The notes below the pieces were generated by a model that worked only from the letters and a program-made list of their open reading frames with translations, searched no databases and was not told the DNA's origin. From the NCBI RefSeq assembly GCF_054482595.1, contig NZ_CM137008.1: 64,000 nt of DNA; one strand, given 5' to 3'. The position numbers and the translations under genes are program-made. Shown one piece after another: positions 12,928 to 25,350 of this stretch; the first letter of the stretch is position 1, and each line of letters opens with the position of its first letter.

Positions 12928-14468
12928 TGTCGCGCAATCTTCGTCATTGGGTGATTTCGCTGTTTATTGTGCTGGCCTGGGGAACCGGCTGGCTGATGCT
13001 GTGGACGCTCAGCTTTTATCTGACCAATAACGGTCAACAGGCGGTGTTGTTTCTCCCGCAGGGAGTTTATCTCGCCCTTGTTATTTTGCTCTCTCGCCGC
13101 TACTGGCCTGCGTTGGTGCTCCCCCCTTTGCTGATGATGTTCTGGCTCCATAGTGAACAGCTATTGAACGGTTATCTCATGCTGGCAACGCCGGTTATTA
13201 GCCTGTTTCCTGTCCTCCTTGCGCAAAACTTCTGGCACCGTTTTCCACTTTACTGGCAGCGTCTGACGTTGCTGTTAGCCACTGTCACGGCAGCTTCATT
13301 GTTGAATACCGCCCTGCTCTCCCCTTTTATGTCAGGCCCAATAATGCTGCCGGGTTTGACCTCATTTACCGGCGGCGTATTACTGACGCCGTTTGTCTAT
13401 CTTATCTTTGAGTTTCTGCGCCAGCAGCATCGCTACCAGCTCCTGGGACTCGATACGCATAATCCCCCCTTGCGTACCTCTTTAATCATCTGGTGTAGCC
13501 TGTTTTTTATTATTGGTATCGGCACTCAGATGGTGCTGTCACCTGAAATTGAACGTCTGCTGTTGATCGTGGTCTTTTTGCCCAATGTGGTGATGGCGTG
13601 GAAATTTGGCTGGCAAGGTGGCGTACTCTCCGGGCTTTTGGGCAGCATGATGATCACCATCGCCCGCCAGATTGGCGTGGGCTTTAGTAACCTGGTGGAG
13701 CTGGAGATTTTCCTCGCGACCCAGGCCTTGCTGGGAATTGGCCTGGGCATTGCCATCAGTCGCCAGCAACATCTGGCGCTAAACCTGCACCATTACCGAC
13801 AACGGCTGGAGGCCGAGCTGGCAGCGCGGCGGGCATTGGCGGAAAAGCTGATCCACACCGAGGAGGACACGCGAAAAAACCTGGCGCGAGAGCTGCACGA
13901 CGAAATCGGTCAGAACATCACCGCCATTCAGATCCAGTCGCAACTGGTGAAGCGGGCGCGTGATCCGGCGCAAATTCAATCCGCAGCCAGCCAAATCAAT
14001 GAGCTCGCCCGCCGCATTCATCTCTCCACCCGCCAATTGCTGCGCCAGTTGCGGCCTCCCGCGCTTGATGAACTGACATTTCGCGAAGCGTTGCTGCATC
14101 TGATTAATGAATTTGCCTTTAGTGAACGCGGCATTCATTGCCAGTTTGCCTATCAACTGAACTCCACACCAGAAAACGAAACGGTGCGCTTTACCTTGTA
14201 TCGGTTATTGCAGGAGTTGCTCAATAACATCTGTAAACACGCCGAAGCCAGCGAAGTGACGATTATCCTGCGCCAGCAGGGAGAGGTATTGCATCTGGAA
14301 GTCAGCGACAACGGTGTGGGGATCGCCAGCGGGAAAATGGCCGGATTTGGCATTCAGGGGATGCGTGAGCGCGTCAGCGCCCTGGGCGGCGACTTAACGC
14401 TCGAAAAACAGCACGGCACGCGGGTAATTGTTAACTTGCCCACATTTTTGCAACAAATCGCCGGATAA
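12927..14468 (+). CDS. Sensor histidine kinase, UhpB-like (polytopic membrane N-terminus, HisKA_3/HATPase C-terminus)
   Basis: 513 aa; hydrophobic N-terminal half; motifs ARELHDEIGQNITAI and GFGIQGMRERVSALGG as in UhpB. Confidence 0.85.
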   Translation: MSRNLRHWVISLFIVLAWGTGWLMLWTLSFYLTNNGQQAVLFLPQGVYLALVILLSRRYWPALVLPPLLMMFWLHSEQLLNGYLMLATPVISLFPVLLAQNFWHRFPLYWQRLTLLLATVTAASLLNTALLSPFMSGPIMLPGLTSFTGGVLLTPFVYLIFEFLRQQHRYQLLGLDTHNPPLRTSLIIWCSLFFIIGIGTQMVLSPEIERLLLIVVFLPNVVMAWKFGWQGGVLSGLLGSMMITIARQIGVGFSNLVELEIFLATQALLGIGLGIAISRQQHLALNLHHYRQRLEAELAARRALAEKLIHTEEDTRKNLARELHDEIGQNITAIQIQSQLVKRARDPAQIQSAASQINELARRIHLSTRQLLRQLRPPALDELTFREALLHLINEFAFSERGIHCQFAYQLNSTPENETVRFTLYRLLQELLNNICKHAEASEVTIILRQQGEVLHLEVSDNGVGIASGKMAGFGIQGMRERVSALGGDLTLEKQHGTRVIVNLPTFLQQIAG

Positions 14469-14540
14469 CCAGGAAAAAGTCTTAGGTATCCCGGATTTTC
14501 TCTCATCCCCTTTCACTTTCATTTTCATATAGTCAGCAAC

Positions 14541-15857
14541 ATGGAGACAACCATGCACGCGCGTTCAGCGAGAGAAATTGATCAATGCTACCGGACATTA
14601 CGTCCGCGATTGCTGATGTGCATGATTATTGGCTACGCCGCATTTTATCTGACGCGAAAAAGCGTGAATTACGTCCTTCCGGCGCTACAAACCGACCTCG
14701 GACTGGATAAAGGCGACATTGGCCTGCTGGGTTCGCTGTTTTATCTCAGTTACGGATTGTCGAAATTTACCGCCGGACTGTGGCATGACAGCGACGGACA
14801 ACGCGGTTTTATGGGCGTCGGCTTGTTCGCCACCGGGTTATTGAACGTGGTGTTTGCCTTTGGCGAATCACTTACGCTTCTGCTTGTGGTCTGGACACTG
14901 AACGGTTTTTTTCAGGGTTGGGGATGGCCACCGTGTGCCCGCTTGCTGACCCACTGGTACTCACGCAATGAGCGCGGTTTCTGGTGGGGCTGCTGGAATA
15001 TGTCGATCAACATTGGCGGAGCGATTATTCCGCTGATTAGCGCCTTTGCCGCCCACTGGTGGGGCTGGCAGGCCGCGATGCTGACACCGGGGATAATCAG
15101 CATGGCATTAGGGATCTGGTTAACACTACAACTCAAAGGCACGCCCCAGGAAGAGGGATTACCGACAGTTGGTCACTGGCGTCACGATCCGCTGGAGTTA
15201 CGTCAGGAACAACAAAGTCCGCCGATGGGGCTGTGGCAAATGTTGCGCACCACCATGCTGCAAAATCCGCTGATCTGGCTACTGGGCGTCTCTTATGTAC
15301 TGGTTTATGTGATCCGGATTGCGCTTAACGACTGGGGCAATATCTGGCTGACGGAAAGCCACGGTGTCAACCTGCTCAGCGCCAACGCCACGGTAATGCT
15401 GTTTGAAGTCGGCGGCTTACTCGGCGCGTTATTTGCCGGATGGGGATCGGATTTGCTGTTTAGCGGGCAACGGGCGCCAATGATTTTGCTGTTCACGCTG
15501 GGGTTGATGGTGTCGGTCGCCGCACTCTGGCTGGCGCCGGTTCATCACTACGCCCTGCTGGCAGTGTGCTTTTTTACCGTGGGCTTTTTCGTCTTTGGCC
15601 CGCAAATGCTGATTGGACTTGCGGCGGTGGAGTGTGGGCACAAAGCTGCGGCGGGTTCAATCACCGGATTTCTCGGCCTGTTCGCTTATCTCGGCGCGGC
15701 GCTGGCAGGCTGGCCGCTGTCGCTGGTCATCGAACGCTACGGCTGGCCAGGAATGTTCAGTTTACTCTCGGTCGCCGCAGTACTTATGGGTTTACTGCTG
15801 ATGCCGTTACTGATGGCGGGCATCACCACCACTCACGCTCGAAGGATAAAACAATGA
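14541..15857 (+). CDS. MFS organophosphate:phosphate antiporter-family protein, UhpC-like (putative sugar-phosphate sensor or transporter)
   Basis: 438-aa 12-TM-type ORF resembling UhpC/UhpT/GlpT; a better RBS (GGAGA) precedes the second ATG at 14553; stop overlaps the afuA start (ATGA). Confidence 0.8.
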   Translation: METTMHARSAREIDQCYRTLRPRLLMCMIIGYAAFYLTRKSVNYVLPALQTDLGLDKGDIGLLGSLFYLSYGLSKFTAGLWHDSDGQRGFMGVGLFATGLLNVVFAFGESLTLLLVVWTLNGFFQGWGWPPCARLLTHWYSRNERGFWWGCWNMSINIGGAIIPLISAFAAHWWGWQAAMLTPGIISMALGIWLTLQLKGTPQEEGLPTVGHWRHDPLELRQEQQSPPMGLWQMLRTTMLQNPLIWLLGVSYVLVYVIRIALNDWGNIWLTESHGVNLLSANATVMLFEVGGLLGALFAGWGSDLLFSGQRAPMILLFTLGLMVSVAALWLAPVHHYALLAVCFFTVGFFVFGPQMLIGLAAVECGHKAAAGSITGFLGLFAYLGAALAGWPLSLVIERYGWPGMFSLLSVAAVLMGLLLMPLLMAGITTTHARRIKQ

Positions 15858-16885
15858 AAATGACCCTTACCTCTACTCTGATTGCTTCTGCCGTTGCGCT
15901 GGCAACCTTAACGGGTGCCGCACAGGCGAAAGGCCGGCTGGTGGTCTATTGCAGCGCCACCAATGAAATGTGTGAGGCCGAAACCAAAGCGTTTGGCGAG
16001 AAATATGATGTGAAAACCTCGTTTATCCGCAACGGTTCCGGTAGCACCCTGGCAAAAGTCGATGCCGAAAAGAAAAACCCACAGGCTGACGTCTGGTACG
16101 GCGGCACCTTAGACCCGCAGTCGCAGGCCGGCGAGATGGGCCTGCTGCAGGCGTATAAATCCCCTAACCTTGAGCAGATCATGGAAAAATTCCGCGATCC
16201 GGCAAAAGTGAAAGGGAATCTGTCATCCGCCGTTTATGTGGGGATCCTCGGATTTGGCGTCAATACCGATCGGCTGAAAGAGAAAAACCTGCCGGTGCCG
16301 AAGTGCTGGAAAGATCTCACCAAACCGGAATATAAAGGCGAAATTCAAATTGCCGATCCGCAAAGTTCCGGGACAGCCTACACCGCGCTGGCTACCTTTG
16401 CGCAGCTGTGGGGGGAAGATCAGGCCTTTGATTATCTCAAACAACTTAACGCCAACGTCTCCCAGTACACCAAATCAGGCATTGCCCCGGCACGTAACGC
16501 CGCCCGCGGCGAAACGGCGATTGGTATTGGCTTCCTGCATGACTACTCGCTGGAAAAAGAACAGGGCGCGCCACTGGAGTTGATTTCCCCGTGTGAAGGT
16601 ACGGGCTACGAAATTGGCGGCGTCAGCATTCTGAAAGGCGCGCGCAACCTCGACAACGCCAAACTGTTTGTGGACTGGGTATTATCAAAAGAAGCACAGG
16701 AACTGGCGTGGAAGAAAGGGAAGTCTTATCAGATCCTGACCAATACCACCGCCGAAACGTCGCCAAATTCGCTGAAGCTCGACGACCTGAAATTAATCAA
16801 CTACGACATGGATAAATATGGTTCCACGGATGTTCGTAAGGCATTGATTAATAAATGGGTCAGCGAAGTGAAGATGGGTAAATAA
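15854..16885 (+). CDS. afuA: AfuA-type periplasmic substrate-binding protein of an AfuABC ABC importer
   Basis: 343 aa from the internal start MKMTLTSTLIASAVALATLTGAAQA (signal peptide); the track ORF is over-extended upstream into the MFS gene. Confidence 0.85.
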   Translation: MKMTLTSTLIASAVALATLTGAAQAKGRLVVYCSATNEMCEAETKAFGEKYDVKTSFIRNGSGSTLAKVDAEKKNPQADVWYGGTLDPQSQAGEMGLLQAYKSPNLEQIMEKFRDPAKVKGNLSSAVYVGILGFGVNTDRLKEKNLPVPKCWKDLTKPEYKGEIQIADPQSSGTAYTALATFAQLWGEDQAFDYLKQLNANVSQYTKSGIAPARNAARGETAIGIGFLHDYSLEKEQGAPLELISPCEGTGYEIGGVSILKGARNLDNAKLFVDWVLSKEAQELAWKKGKSYQILTNTTAETSPNSLKLDDLKLINYDMDKYGSTDVRKALINKWVSEVKMGK

Positions 16886-16953
16886 ACCCGCATTAGGCGT
16901 ATTTGCCGGGTGCAGCACAAACGCCTGCCCCGGCCAACCATACCGGAACTGCT

Positions 16954-19032
16954 ATGTCACAGACACTTGCACTCCATCCCGTGAAAAAGCGGGATGCGAT
17001 TTTCCTTTGGGTTTTGCTGGGCTGGCTGGCATTTGTCCTGTTGCCGAGCTGGAGCCTCGATTATGGCCTGCTGGAGTCCACGAGTGATGAGATCCTCGGG
17101 GCGTACGGCTGGTCGCATTTTAATATCAGCTGGCTGTGGTATTTACTCCCGAGCCTGTTGCTGGTCCGCCCGTTTAGTGAGGCCACGCGCGAACAACGTA
17201 GCCGTCATTATTTCGATGCCGGCTGGGCATTGCTCTGTATGGCGTTTATCGTCATCAGCGCCACCGTGGTTGGACGCGGTTTAGGCTACGCCGCCATCGT
17301 GCTGTTTGTCGAACTAGGCGCGATTATGACGCTGGCCTTAACCCGCCTCGAATGGCTGGGTGGCGACCGCTTCGTGATCGGCTCACTGATTGCGATTGTG
17401 GCGCTGATTGGCATTTTTATCGTCTGGCCGAGCATCGCCATTTTTATCCCGATGTTCACCAACGACGCGGGAGAGTTCGCCCCGCTGGCGTTTATGACCG
17501 TGCTCTCGCAGGCACATATTGTTCAGGTGATCGTCAACTCTATCGTCTTGTCGATAGCGGTGGGGATAGGCTGTACTTTCTTCGGCCTGGTGCTGGCGAT
17601 TTATACCACGCGCATCGCTAAACGCAGCGCCATTATTGGTCGCATCTTTTCCATTTTGCCCATCGTTACGCCACCGTTTGTGGTCGGCTTAGGCGTGACG
17701 CTCATGATGGGGCGCTCCGGCTATGTTACGGAATTTATGGTGGAGTGGTTTGGGCTGACCAACACCAACTGGCTGTACGGTTTTACCGGGATCTGGCTGG
17801 CACAGGTTCTGGCATTCACGCCAATGGCATTTATGATCCTCGACGGGGCCATTAAAACCATTCATCCCTCGCTGGAAGAGGCCTCCTACACCCTGCGCGC
17901 CAGCCGCTGGCAAACCTTTAACGGCGTGTTTGTGCCGTTGTTGAAGCCCGCGCTCGCCAATGCCTTTTTAATCGTCGTGGTACAGTCACTGGCTGATTTC
18001 AGTAACCCGCTGGTACTTGGCGGTAACTTCGACGTACTGGCGACGCAAATTTACTTCTATATTACCGGCTCGCAGCTGGATTATCAGGCCGCCAGCACCC
18101 TTGGCGCTTCCCTGCTGCTGTTCTCGCTGCTGGTGTTCTGCATACAGTATATGTGGATTGGTAAACGCTCTTACGTCACGGTTTCCGGCAAATCCTACCG
18201 TGGCGACGTCCAGCCGCTACCGGTCACCCTGGTGTGGAGCGTGGTCGCCATACTTGCGATATGGATTGCCTTTAACGCCCTGCTCTACGGCAGCATTTTC
18301 TACGGCAGCTTCACGGTGAACTGGGGCGTGGACTACACCCTGACGCTGGATAACTTTATCAAGCTATTTGGTCAGGGAATGAGCGACGGCGCGTGGCCTT
18401 CACTGCTGGATACCCTGCTCTACGCCGGGATTGCCGCTCCCATTACCGCTATCTTTGGCCTGCTCATCGCCTGGGTGGTGGTGCGTCAACAATTCAAAGG
18501 CAAAAAGACCATCGAGTTCACCACCATGCTGTGCTTTGCCGTACCGGGTACGGTGGCGGGCGTCTCGTATATTCTTGCCTTTAACAGCGCTCCGGTTTAT
18601 CTCACCGGAACGGCGGCAATTGTGATTATCTCGATGGTGATGCGTAACGTTCCGGTGGGTATTCGCGCCGGGATTGCAGGCCTGGGGCAGATCGACAAAT
18701 CGCTGGATGAAGCCTCACTCAGCCTGCGCGCGGGTTCCTTGCGAACCATAACCCACATTTTACTGCCGCTGCTGCGTCCGGCCATTCTCTCGGCCCTGAT
18801 CTACAGCTTTGTGCGGGCCATCACGACGGTCAGCGCCATCGTCTTTCTCGTCACGCCGGACACCCGCGTGGCAACCGCCTACATTCTTAACCGCGTTGAA
18901 GACGGCGAATATGGCGTAGCCATCGCCTATGGTTCGATTCTGATCGTGGTGATGCTGGCGATTATTTTCCTCTTTGACTGGCTGATCGGAGAAGCTCGTA
19001 TCTCCCGTTCTAAAGCCAAAAACCAGGCGTAA
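16954..19032 (+). CDS. afuB: AfuB-type ABC transporter permease (duplicated transmembrane domain)
   Basis: 692 aa from the ATG at 16954 (the track ORF starts at an upstream TTG); long polytopic protein. Confidence 0.85.
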   Translation: MSQTLALHPVKKRDAIFLWVLLGWLAFVLLPSWSLDYGLLESTSDEILGAYGWSHFNISWLWYLLPSLLLVRPFSEATREQRSRHYFDAGWALLCMAFIVISATVVGRGLGYAAIVLFVELGAIMTLALTRLEWLGGDRFVIGSLIAIVALIGIFIVWPSIAIFIPMFTNDAGEFAPLAFMTVLSQAHIVQVIVNSIVLSIAVGIGCTFFGLVLAIYTTRIAKRSAIIGRIFSILPIVTPPFVVGLGVTLMMGRSGYVTEFMVEWFGLTNTNWLYGFTGIWLAQVLAFTPMAFMILDGAIKTIHPSLEEASYTLRASRWQTFNGVFVPLLKPALANAFLIVVVQSLADFSNPLVLGGNFDVLATQIYFYITGSQLDYQAASTLGASLLLFSLLVFCIQYMWIGKRSYVTVSGKSYRGDVQPLPVTLVWSVVAILAIWIAFNALLYGSIFYGSFTVNWGVDYTLTLDNFIKLFGQGMSDGAWPSLLDTLLYAGIAAPITAIFGLLIAWVVVRQQFKGKKTIEFTTMLCFAVPGTVAGVSYILAFNSAPVYLTGTAAIVIISMVMRNVPVGIRAGIAGLGQIDKSLDEASLSLRAGSLRTITHILLPLLRPAILSALIYSFVRAITTVSAIVFLVTPDTRVATAYILNRVEDGEYGVAIAYGSILIVVMLAIIFLFDWLIGEARISRSKAKNQA

Positions 19033-19043
19033 TGGAGCGCACT

Positions 19044-20090
19044 ATGAGTCAGAAAAATTTTGTTGAACTGCGCAACGTCACTAAACGATTCGGCAGTAAT
19101 ACGGTTATCGACAATATCAATCTCACCATCCCACAAGGGCAAATGGTGACGCTGCTCGGTCCTTCCGGCTGTGGCAAAACCACCATTTTGCGTCTGGTTG
19201 CCGGGCTGGAAAAACCGAGCGAAGGGCAAATTTTTATTGATGGCGAAGATGTCACGCATCGTTCCATTCAACAGCGCGATATCTGCATGGTGTTTCAGTC
19301 ATACGCTCTGTTCCCGCATATGTCGCTGGGTGAAAACGTTGGCTACGGGCTGAAGATGCTTGGCGTGTCGCGTAGCGAAGTGAAACAGCGGGTGAAGGAG
19401 GCGCTGGCAATGGTGGATCTGGAAGGCTTCGAGGACCGCTATGTCGATCAGATTTCCGGTGGTCAGCAACAGCGTGTGGCACTGGCCCGCGCGTTGATCC
19501 TCAAGCCAAAGGTGCTGCTGTTTGATGAGCCGTTAAGTAACCTCGATGCCAACCTGCGCCGCAGTATGCGCGATAAGATCCGCGAGCTGCAAAAGCAGTT
19601 TAATATCACGTCGCTCTACGTCACTCACGATCAAAGTGAAGCTTTCGCGGTGTCCGACACTGTGCTGGTAATGAATAAAGGTCACATCATGCAGATTGGC
19701 TCACCGCAGGATCTCTATCGTCAGCCAGCCTCCCGATTTATGGCAAGTTTTATGGGCGACGCCAACCTGTTCCCGGCGAACTTTAGCGAAGAGTATGTCG
19801 ATATCTACGGTTATCGCCTGCCGCGCGCGGCGCATTTCCCGGCGCAAGGTAGCGGCACCGTCGGCGTTCGCCCGGAAGCCATCACCTTAAGCAATCACGG
19901 CGAAGAGAGTCAGCGTTGTGTTATTCGCCATGTCGCCTACATGGGGCCGCAGTACGAAGTGACCGTAGAGTGGCATGGACAGGAGATTTTATTACAAGTA
20001 AACGCCACCCGTTTACAGCCCGATATTGGTGAGCACTATTACCTCGAAATCCATCCTTACGGGATGTTTGTTTTAGCGGATGCGGCATAA
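19044..20090 (+). CDS. afuC: AfuC-type ABC transporter ATP-binding protein
   Basis: 348 aa from [12 protein letters not shown] with GGAG RBS; Walker [10 protein letters not shown], signature LSGGQQQRV. Confidence 0.88.
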   Translation: MSQKNFVELRNVTKRFGSNTVIDNINLTIPQGQMVTLLGPSGCGKTTILRLVAGLEKPSEGQIFIDGEDVTHRSIQQRDICMVFQSYALFPHMSLGENVGYGLKMLGVSRSEVKQRVKEALAMVDLEGFEDRYVDQISGGQQQRVALARALILKPKVLLFDEPLSNLDANLRRSMRDKIRELQKQFNITSLYVTHDQSEAFAVSDTVLVMNKGHIMQIGSPQDLYRQPASRFMASFMGDANLFPANFSEEYVDIYGYRLPRAAHFPAQGSGTVGVRPEAITLSNHGEESQRCVIRHVAYMGPQYEVTVEWHGQEILLQVNATRLQPDIGEHYYLEIHPYGMFVLADAA

Positions 20091-20102
20091 AAATAGCACA
20101 TA

Positions 20103-20132
20103 AACGGTCCCCATCTGTCTTGAGGGACCGTT
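20103..20132 (+). terminator. Stem-loop 13 nt downstream of afuC (9-bp stem AACGGTCCC/GGGACCGTT, 12-nt loop)
   Basis: Perfect inverted repeat; no U-tract, so intrinsic-terminator status is uncertain. Confidence 0.3.
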
Positions 20133-20172
20133 CACCTGGTTAGGCTTCGGACAACAATTATTCTCCAGTGTT

Positions 20173-20225
20173 ATATACTATAGGGGGGTATGCATTGACA
20201 TATAGCATACCCCCCTATAGTATAT
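20173..20225 (+). promoter_or_regulatory. frmRAB promoter with candidate FrmR operator: perfect inverted repeat with G6/C6 tracts flanking a -35 hexamer
   Basis: TATACTATAGGGGGGTATGC (20174-20193) and its exact reverse complement (20205-20224) flank ATTGACATATA; TTGACA at 20195-20200; TATAGT-like -10 inside the right arm. Confidence 0.7.
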
Positions 20226-20249
20226 TGCGTGCAGATGATGAGGTGCGAA

Positions 20250-20525
20250 ATGCCCAGTACTCCGGAAGAGAAGAAAAAGGTCCTTACTCGAGTTCGTCGT
20301 ATTCGGGGGCAGATTGATGCTCTGGAACGGTCGCTGGAGGGTGATGCCGAATGCCGTGCCATACTCCAACAGATCGCTGCCGTTCGGGGCGCGGCTAACG
20401 GGCTGATGGCTGAAGTGCTTGAAAGCCATATCCGGGAAACGTTTGACCGAAATGACTGCTACAGCCGCGAAGTCAGCCAATCCGTTGACGACACTATTGA
20501 ACTGGTTCGTGCCTATCTTAAATAG
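20250..20525 (+). CDS. frmR: FrmR, formaldehyde-responsive repressor (CsoR/RcnR family)
   Basis: 91 aa from [26 protein letters not shown] with GAGGTG RBS; the track ORF starts at an upstream GTG. Confidence 0.93.
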
Positions 20526-20529
20526 CTGA

Positions 20530-21669
<1,140 letters not shown>

Positions 21670-21761
21670 TTTCCCGCTGGTTTACCCCGTCCACTTCATA
21701 CGGGGTTCTTAATACTCTCCCCGGGCAGCCGTCCGGGGGATTAACCGTGAGATAATGACTG

Positions 21762-22595
21762 ATGGAACTCATTGAAAAACATGCCAGCTTTGGCGGCTGG
21801 CAAAATGTGTATCGGCATTATTCCGCATCACTGAAATGTGAAATGAATGTCGGCGTCTATCTCCCACCAAAAGCTGCAGGTGAAAAATTACCGGTGCTGT
21901 ACTGGCTTTCGGGCCTGACCTGCAATGAGCAGAATTTCATTACTAAATCGGGGATGCAGCGTTACGCGGCTGAGCACAACATTATTATTGTTGCGCCGGA
22001 CACCAGTCCGCGAGGCAGTCATGTCGCAGATGCCGACCGTTACGATCTCGGGCAAGGTGCCGGGTTTTACCTGAACGCGACGCAAGCGCCGTGGAATGAA
22101 CATTACAAAATGTATGACTATATCCGCAACGAGCTGCCGGATTTAGTGATGAATCATTTTCCGGCAACGGCCAAAAAGTCTATCTCTGGTCATTCTATGG
22201 GCGGACTGGGCGCGCTGGTGCTGGCGTTACGTAACCCAGATGAATATGTCAGCGTCTCGGCGTTTTCGCCCATTGTCTCCCCATCGCAAGTGCCGTGGGG
22301 ACAGCAAGCCTTTGCTGCATATCTTGGTGAAAATAAAGAGGCCTGGTTGGATTACGACCCGGTGAGTCTTATTTCACAAGGTCAACGCGTTGCGGAAATC
22401 ATGGTTGATCAGGGGTTGAGTGATGATTTTTACGCGGAACAGCTGCGGACTCAAAATCTTGAAAAGATCTGCCAGGAGATGAATATCAAGACGTTAATCC
22501 GTTATCACGAGGGTTACGACCACAGCTATTATTTTGTCTCCAGTTTTATTGGCGAGCATATTGCCTACCACGCCAATAAACTGAATATGCGTTAA
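21762..22595 (+). CDS. frmB: FrmB, S-formylglutathione hydrolase (esterase D family)
   Basis: 277-aa ORF with GHSMGG serine-hydrolase motif. Confidence 0.95.
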   Translation: MELIEKHASFGGWQNVYRHYSASLKCEMNVGVYLPPKAAGEKLPVLYWLSGLTCNEQNFITKSGMQRYAAEHNIIIVAPDTSPRGSHVADADRYDLGQGAGFYLNATQAPWNEHYKMYDYIRNELPDLVMNHFPATAKKSISGHSMGGLGALVLALRNPDEYVSVSAFSPIVSPSQVPWGQQAFAAYLGENKEAWLDYDPVSLISQGQRVAEIMVDQGLSDDFYAEQLRTQNLEKICQEMNIKTLIRYHEGYDHSYYFVSSFIGEHIAYHANKLNMR

Positions 22596-22602
22596 TAATA
22601 GT

Positions 22603-22912
<310 letters not shown>

Positions 22913-22920
22913 ATCTATGT

Positions 22921-23460
22921 TTACCACATCAAATCATCAGGCACTTTGAAGTCGGCATACGGATCGTCTTCATCCTGCTCTTCGGCACTGAGCGCGCAAT
23001 GCAACACAATACTGCTGGCATCACGCTGAGCAATTTTATCGGCAACGCTGGCGGGAATAATGGCGTATTCACCTTCGCTATTGTTATCGACCAACAAGCG
23101 GGCAATCGCCAGACGACCATTAATCAACTGCGCCTGTGTGAGCTTATCGACAAAAATCTTCTTAATCAGATTGCCGTCAGTGAAGTTAAAACCAATATCG
23201 CCATTGGCAATGGTGATCCGGTTCATTTCAATAAGCTGCTTCACCTGAGCTTTATATTCTTTCGCCAACGCCGCTTGTTTTTGCTGTTCGCTAAGCTGTT
23301 TATCACGCTCAAGCTGTGCCTTTTTATTTTCTTCTACCGCAGCCCGAGCTTCACGCGCCTGAACGCGCGATTTTTTCGCCGTTCTCTCGACCTTCGCCGC
23401 TTTTTTGCTGGTGACTAATCCTGCTTTGAGCAACTGCTCTTGTAAGGTAAGTTTTGCCAT
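22921..23460 (-). CDS. yaiL: YaiL, DUF2058-family protein
   Basis: 179 aa from the internal start MAKLTLQEQLLKAGL; the track ORF is over-extended. Confidence 0.85.
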   Translation of the reverse strand: MAKLTLQEQLLKAGLVTSKKAAKVERTAKKSRVQAREARAAVEENKKAQLERDKQLSEQQKQAALAKEYKAQVKQLIEMNRITIANGDIGFNFTDGNLIKKIFVDKLTQAQLINGRLAIARLLVDNNSEGEYAIIPASVADKIAQRDASSIVLHCALSAEEQDEDDPYADFKVPDDLMW

Positions 23461-23561
23461 CTTTGTTTCCAAACCCGCTGAATAATTTTTAGCGAGTATA
23501 CCTGTAAACGCCGTGGGTGTATTGGGGGCAAGTCCCTTTCGCCCCTGCTTAATAAGGCGCG

Positions 23562-24773
23562 TCAGGCATCGGCACACGGCTGCATTCTTGATCTCCGACT
23601 CATCAAAATAAACACCGCCAACCCCGCAACAAGAATACCCGGTGCAGAAGCGGCCATTACGCCGACCGTGCCAGTGCCTAATGCCAGCATTTTCCCGGCC
23701 AGTAACGGACCGCTCATAGCCCCCAGACGCCCTACCGCCACGGCTGTTCCCACACCTGTTGCGCGGATCTGCGAACTGTAAAACAACGGTGCCAGGGCAT
23801 ACAAAACGCTTTGCCCACCTGTCGCAAACAACCCCGCGACAAATCCCGCCAGCAACATACCGTTAAATGACGACACCGTTCCAAGCGCCAGCAGCGAAGT
23901 TAACATGCCGCTATAAATCAGTAGCGACATGGTTACTGGACGCAGCTTATCCATCAATGCGCCCAACATTAACGTCCCGCTCGCCGCACCCATTTGCAGT
24001 GCAAACATCACCCCTGCCGCCTGCGATGGCTGGAATCCTTGCTCCACCAAAAGCAGCGGTAGCCAGTTGATCAACATGTAAACCACCAGCAGAGTGAAGA
24101 AATAACACAGCCACAGCAGCAGCGTCGCGGTTGCCGTTTCTGGCGCAAATAACGCACGCAGTGGTGGCGCAGCCTGTTTTTCGCCAGCGAAAACCGCCGA
24201 CTCCGGCAGCCAGCGCATTAATAGCGGCACCAGAATCAACGGCACCACACCACCTACCCAAAACACCGTTTGCCATGCTAAGTTTGCCCCCGCGAAACCC
24301 AGTGTCGCCGCCAGCGCCGCGCCAATGGGAACACCGCAATACATCAGGCTCACTGCCGTCCCACGAAAACGTGGACCCGCGGCTTCAGACGTCAGGGCGA
24401 TAAGATTCGGCAACGCCGCCCCCAGCCCGACACCGGTCATCAGCCGCGCAAAGACCAGTGAGGGGAAATCCCAGGCAATCGCCGTTGCCAGTGAGAACAA
24501 ACCAAACAGCGCAACTGAGCCAATCAAAATGCGCTTGCGACCATAACGGTCCGCCAGCATTCCGCCAACCAACGCGCCGGGTAGTAAACCGAGTATTCCG
24601 GCGCTGAATATCCAGCCCATTTGCATTTTATCGAGTGCGAAAGCCTGGGCGATGCCACCCGCCGCAATGCCAGCCGCCTGAAGATCCAGCCCTTCCATCA
24701 GAGCGACCAAAAAACAAAGCCCGATGGTCAGCATCAGGCGGGATGAAGATGATGAAGGGGTACGAGTCGACAT
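23562..24773 (-). CDS. mhpT: MhpT, 3-hydroxyphenylpropionate MFS transporter
   Basis: 403 aa from the internal start MSTRTPSSSSSRLMLTIG. Confidence 0.9.
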   Translation of the reverse strand: MSTRTPSSSSSRLMLTIGLCFLVALMEGLDLQAAGIAAGGIAQAFALDKMQMGWIFSAGILGLLPGALVGGMLADRYGRKRILIGSVALFGLFSLATAIAWDFPSLVFARLMTGVGLGAALPNLIALTSEAAGPRFRGTAVSLMYCGVPIGAALAATLGFAGANLAWQTVFWVGGVVPLILVPLLMRWLPESAVFAGEKQAAPPLRALFAPETATATLLLWLCYFFTLLVVYMLINWLPLLLVEQGFQPSQAAGVMFALQMGAASGTLMLGALMDKLRPVTMSLLIYSGMLTSLLALGTVSSFNGMLLAGFVAGLFATGGQSVLYALAPLFYSSQIRATGVGTAVAVGRLGAMSGPLLAGKMLALGTGTVGVMAASAPGILVAGLAVFILMSRRSRMQPCADA

Positions 24774-24844
24774 AAGATGAACCTCGTTGCGAGTGCAGGT
24801 GAATCGCGACTGATACATTGCCAGCCGCGTAATCAGAACTATTT

Positions 24845-25320
<476 letters not shown>

Positions 25321-25350
25321 ATACAAAATGCACGTTCTCGGCAGTCAATA

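Noticed and set aside
15566-15853. N-terminal extension of the afuA track ORF (96 extra residues)
   Set aside because: The extension overlaps the UhpC-like gene in another frame; the internal start gives a proper signal peptide and the ATGA coupling overlap.
12298-20090. The sensor-ABC island as a prophage or integrative element
   Set aside because: No integrase, transposase, phage structural genes or flanking direct repeats were seen; boundaries sit in ordinary intergenic regions.
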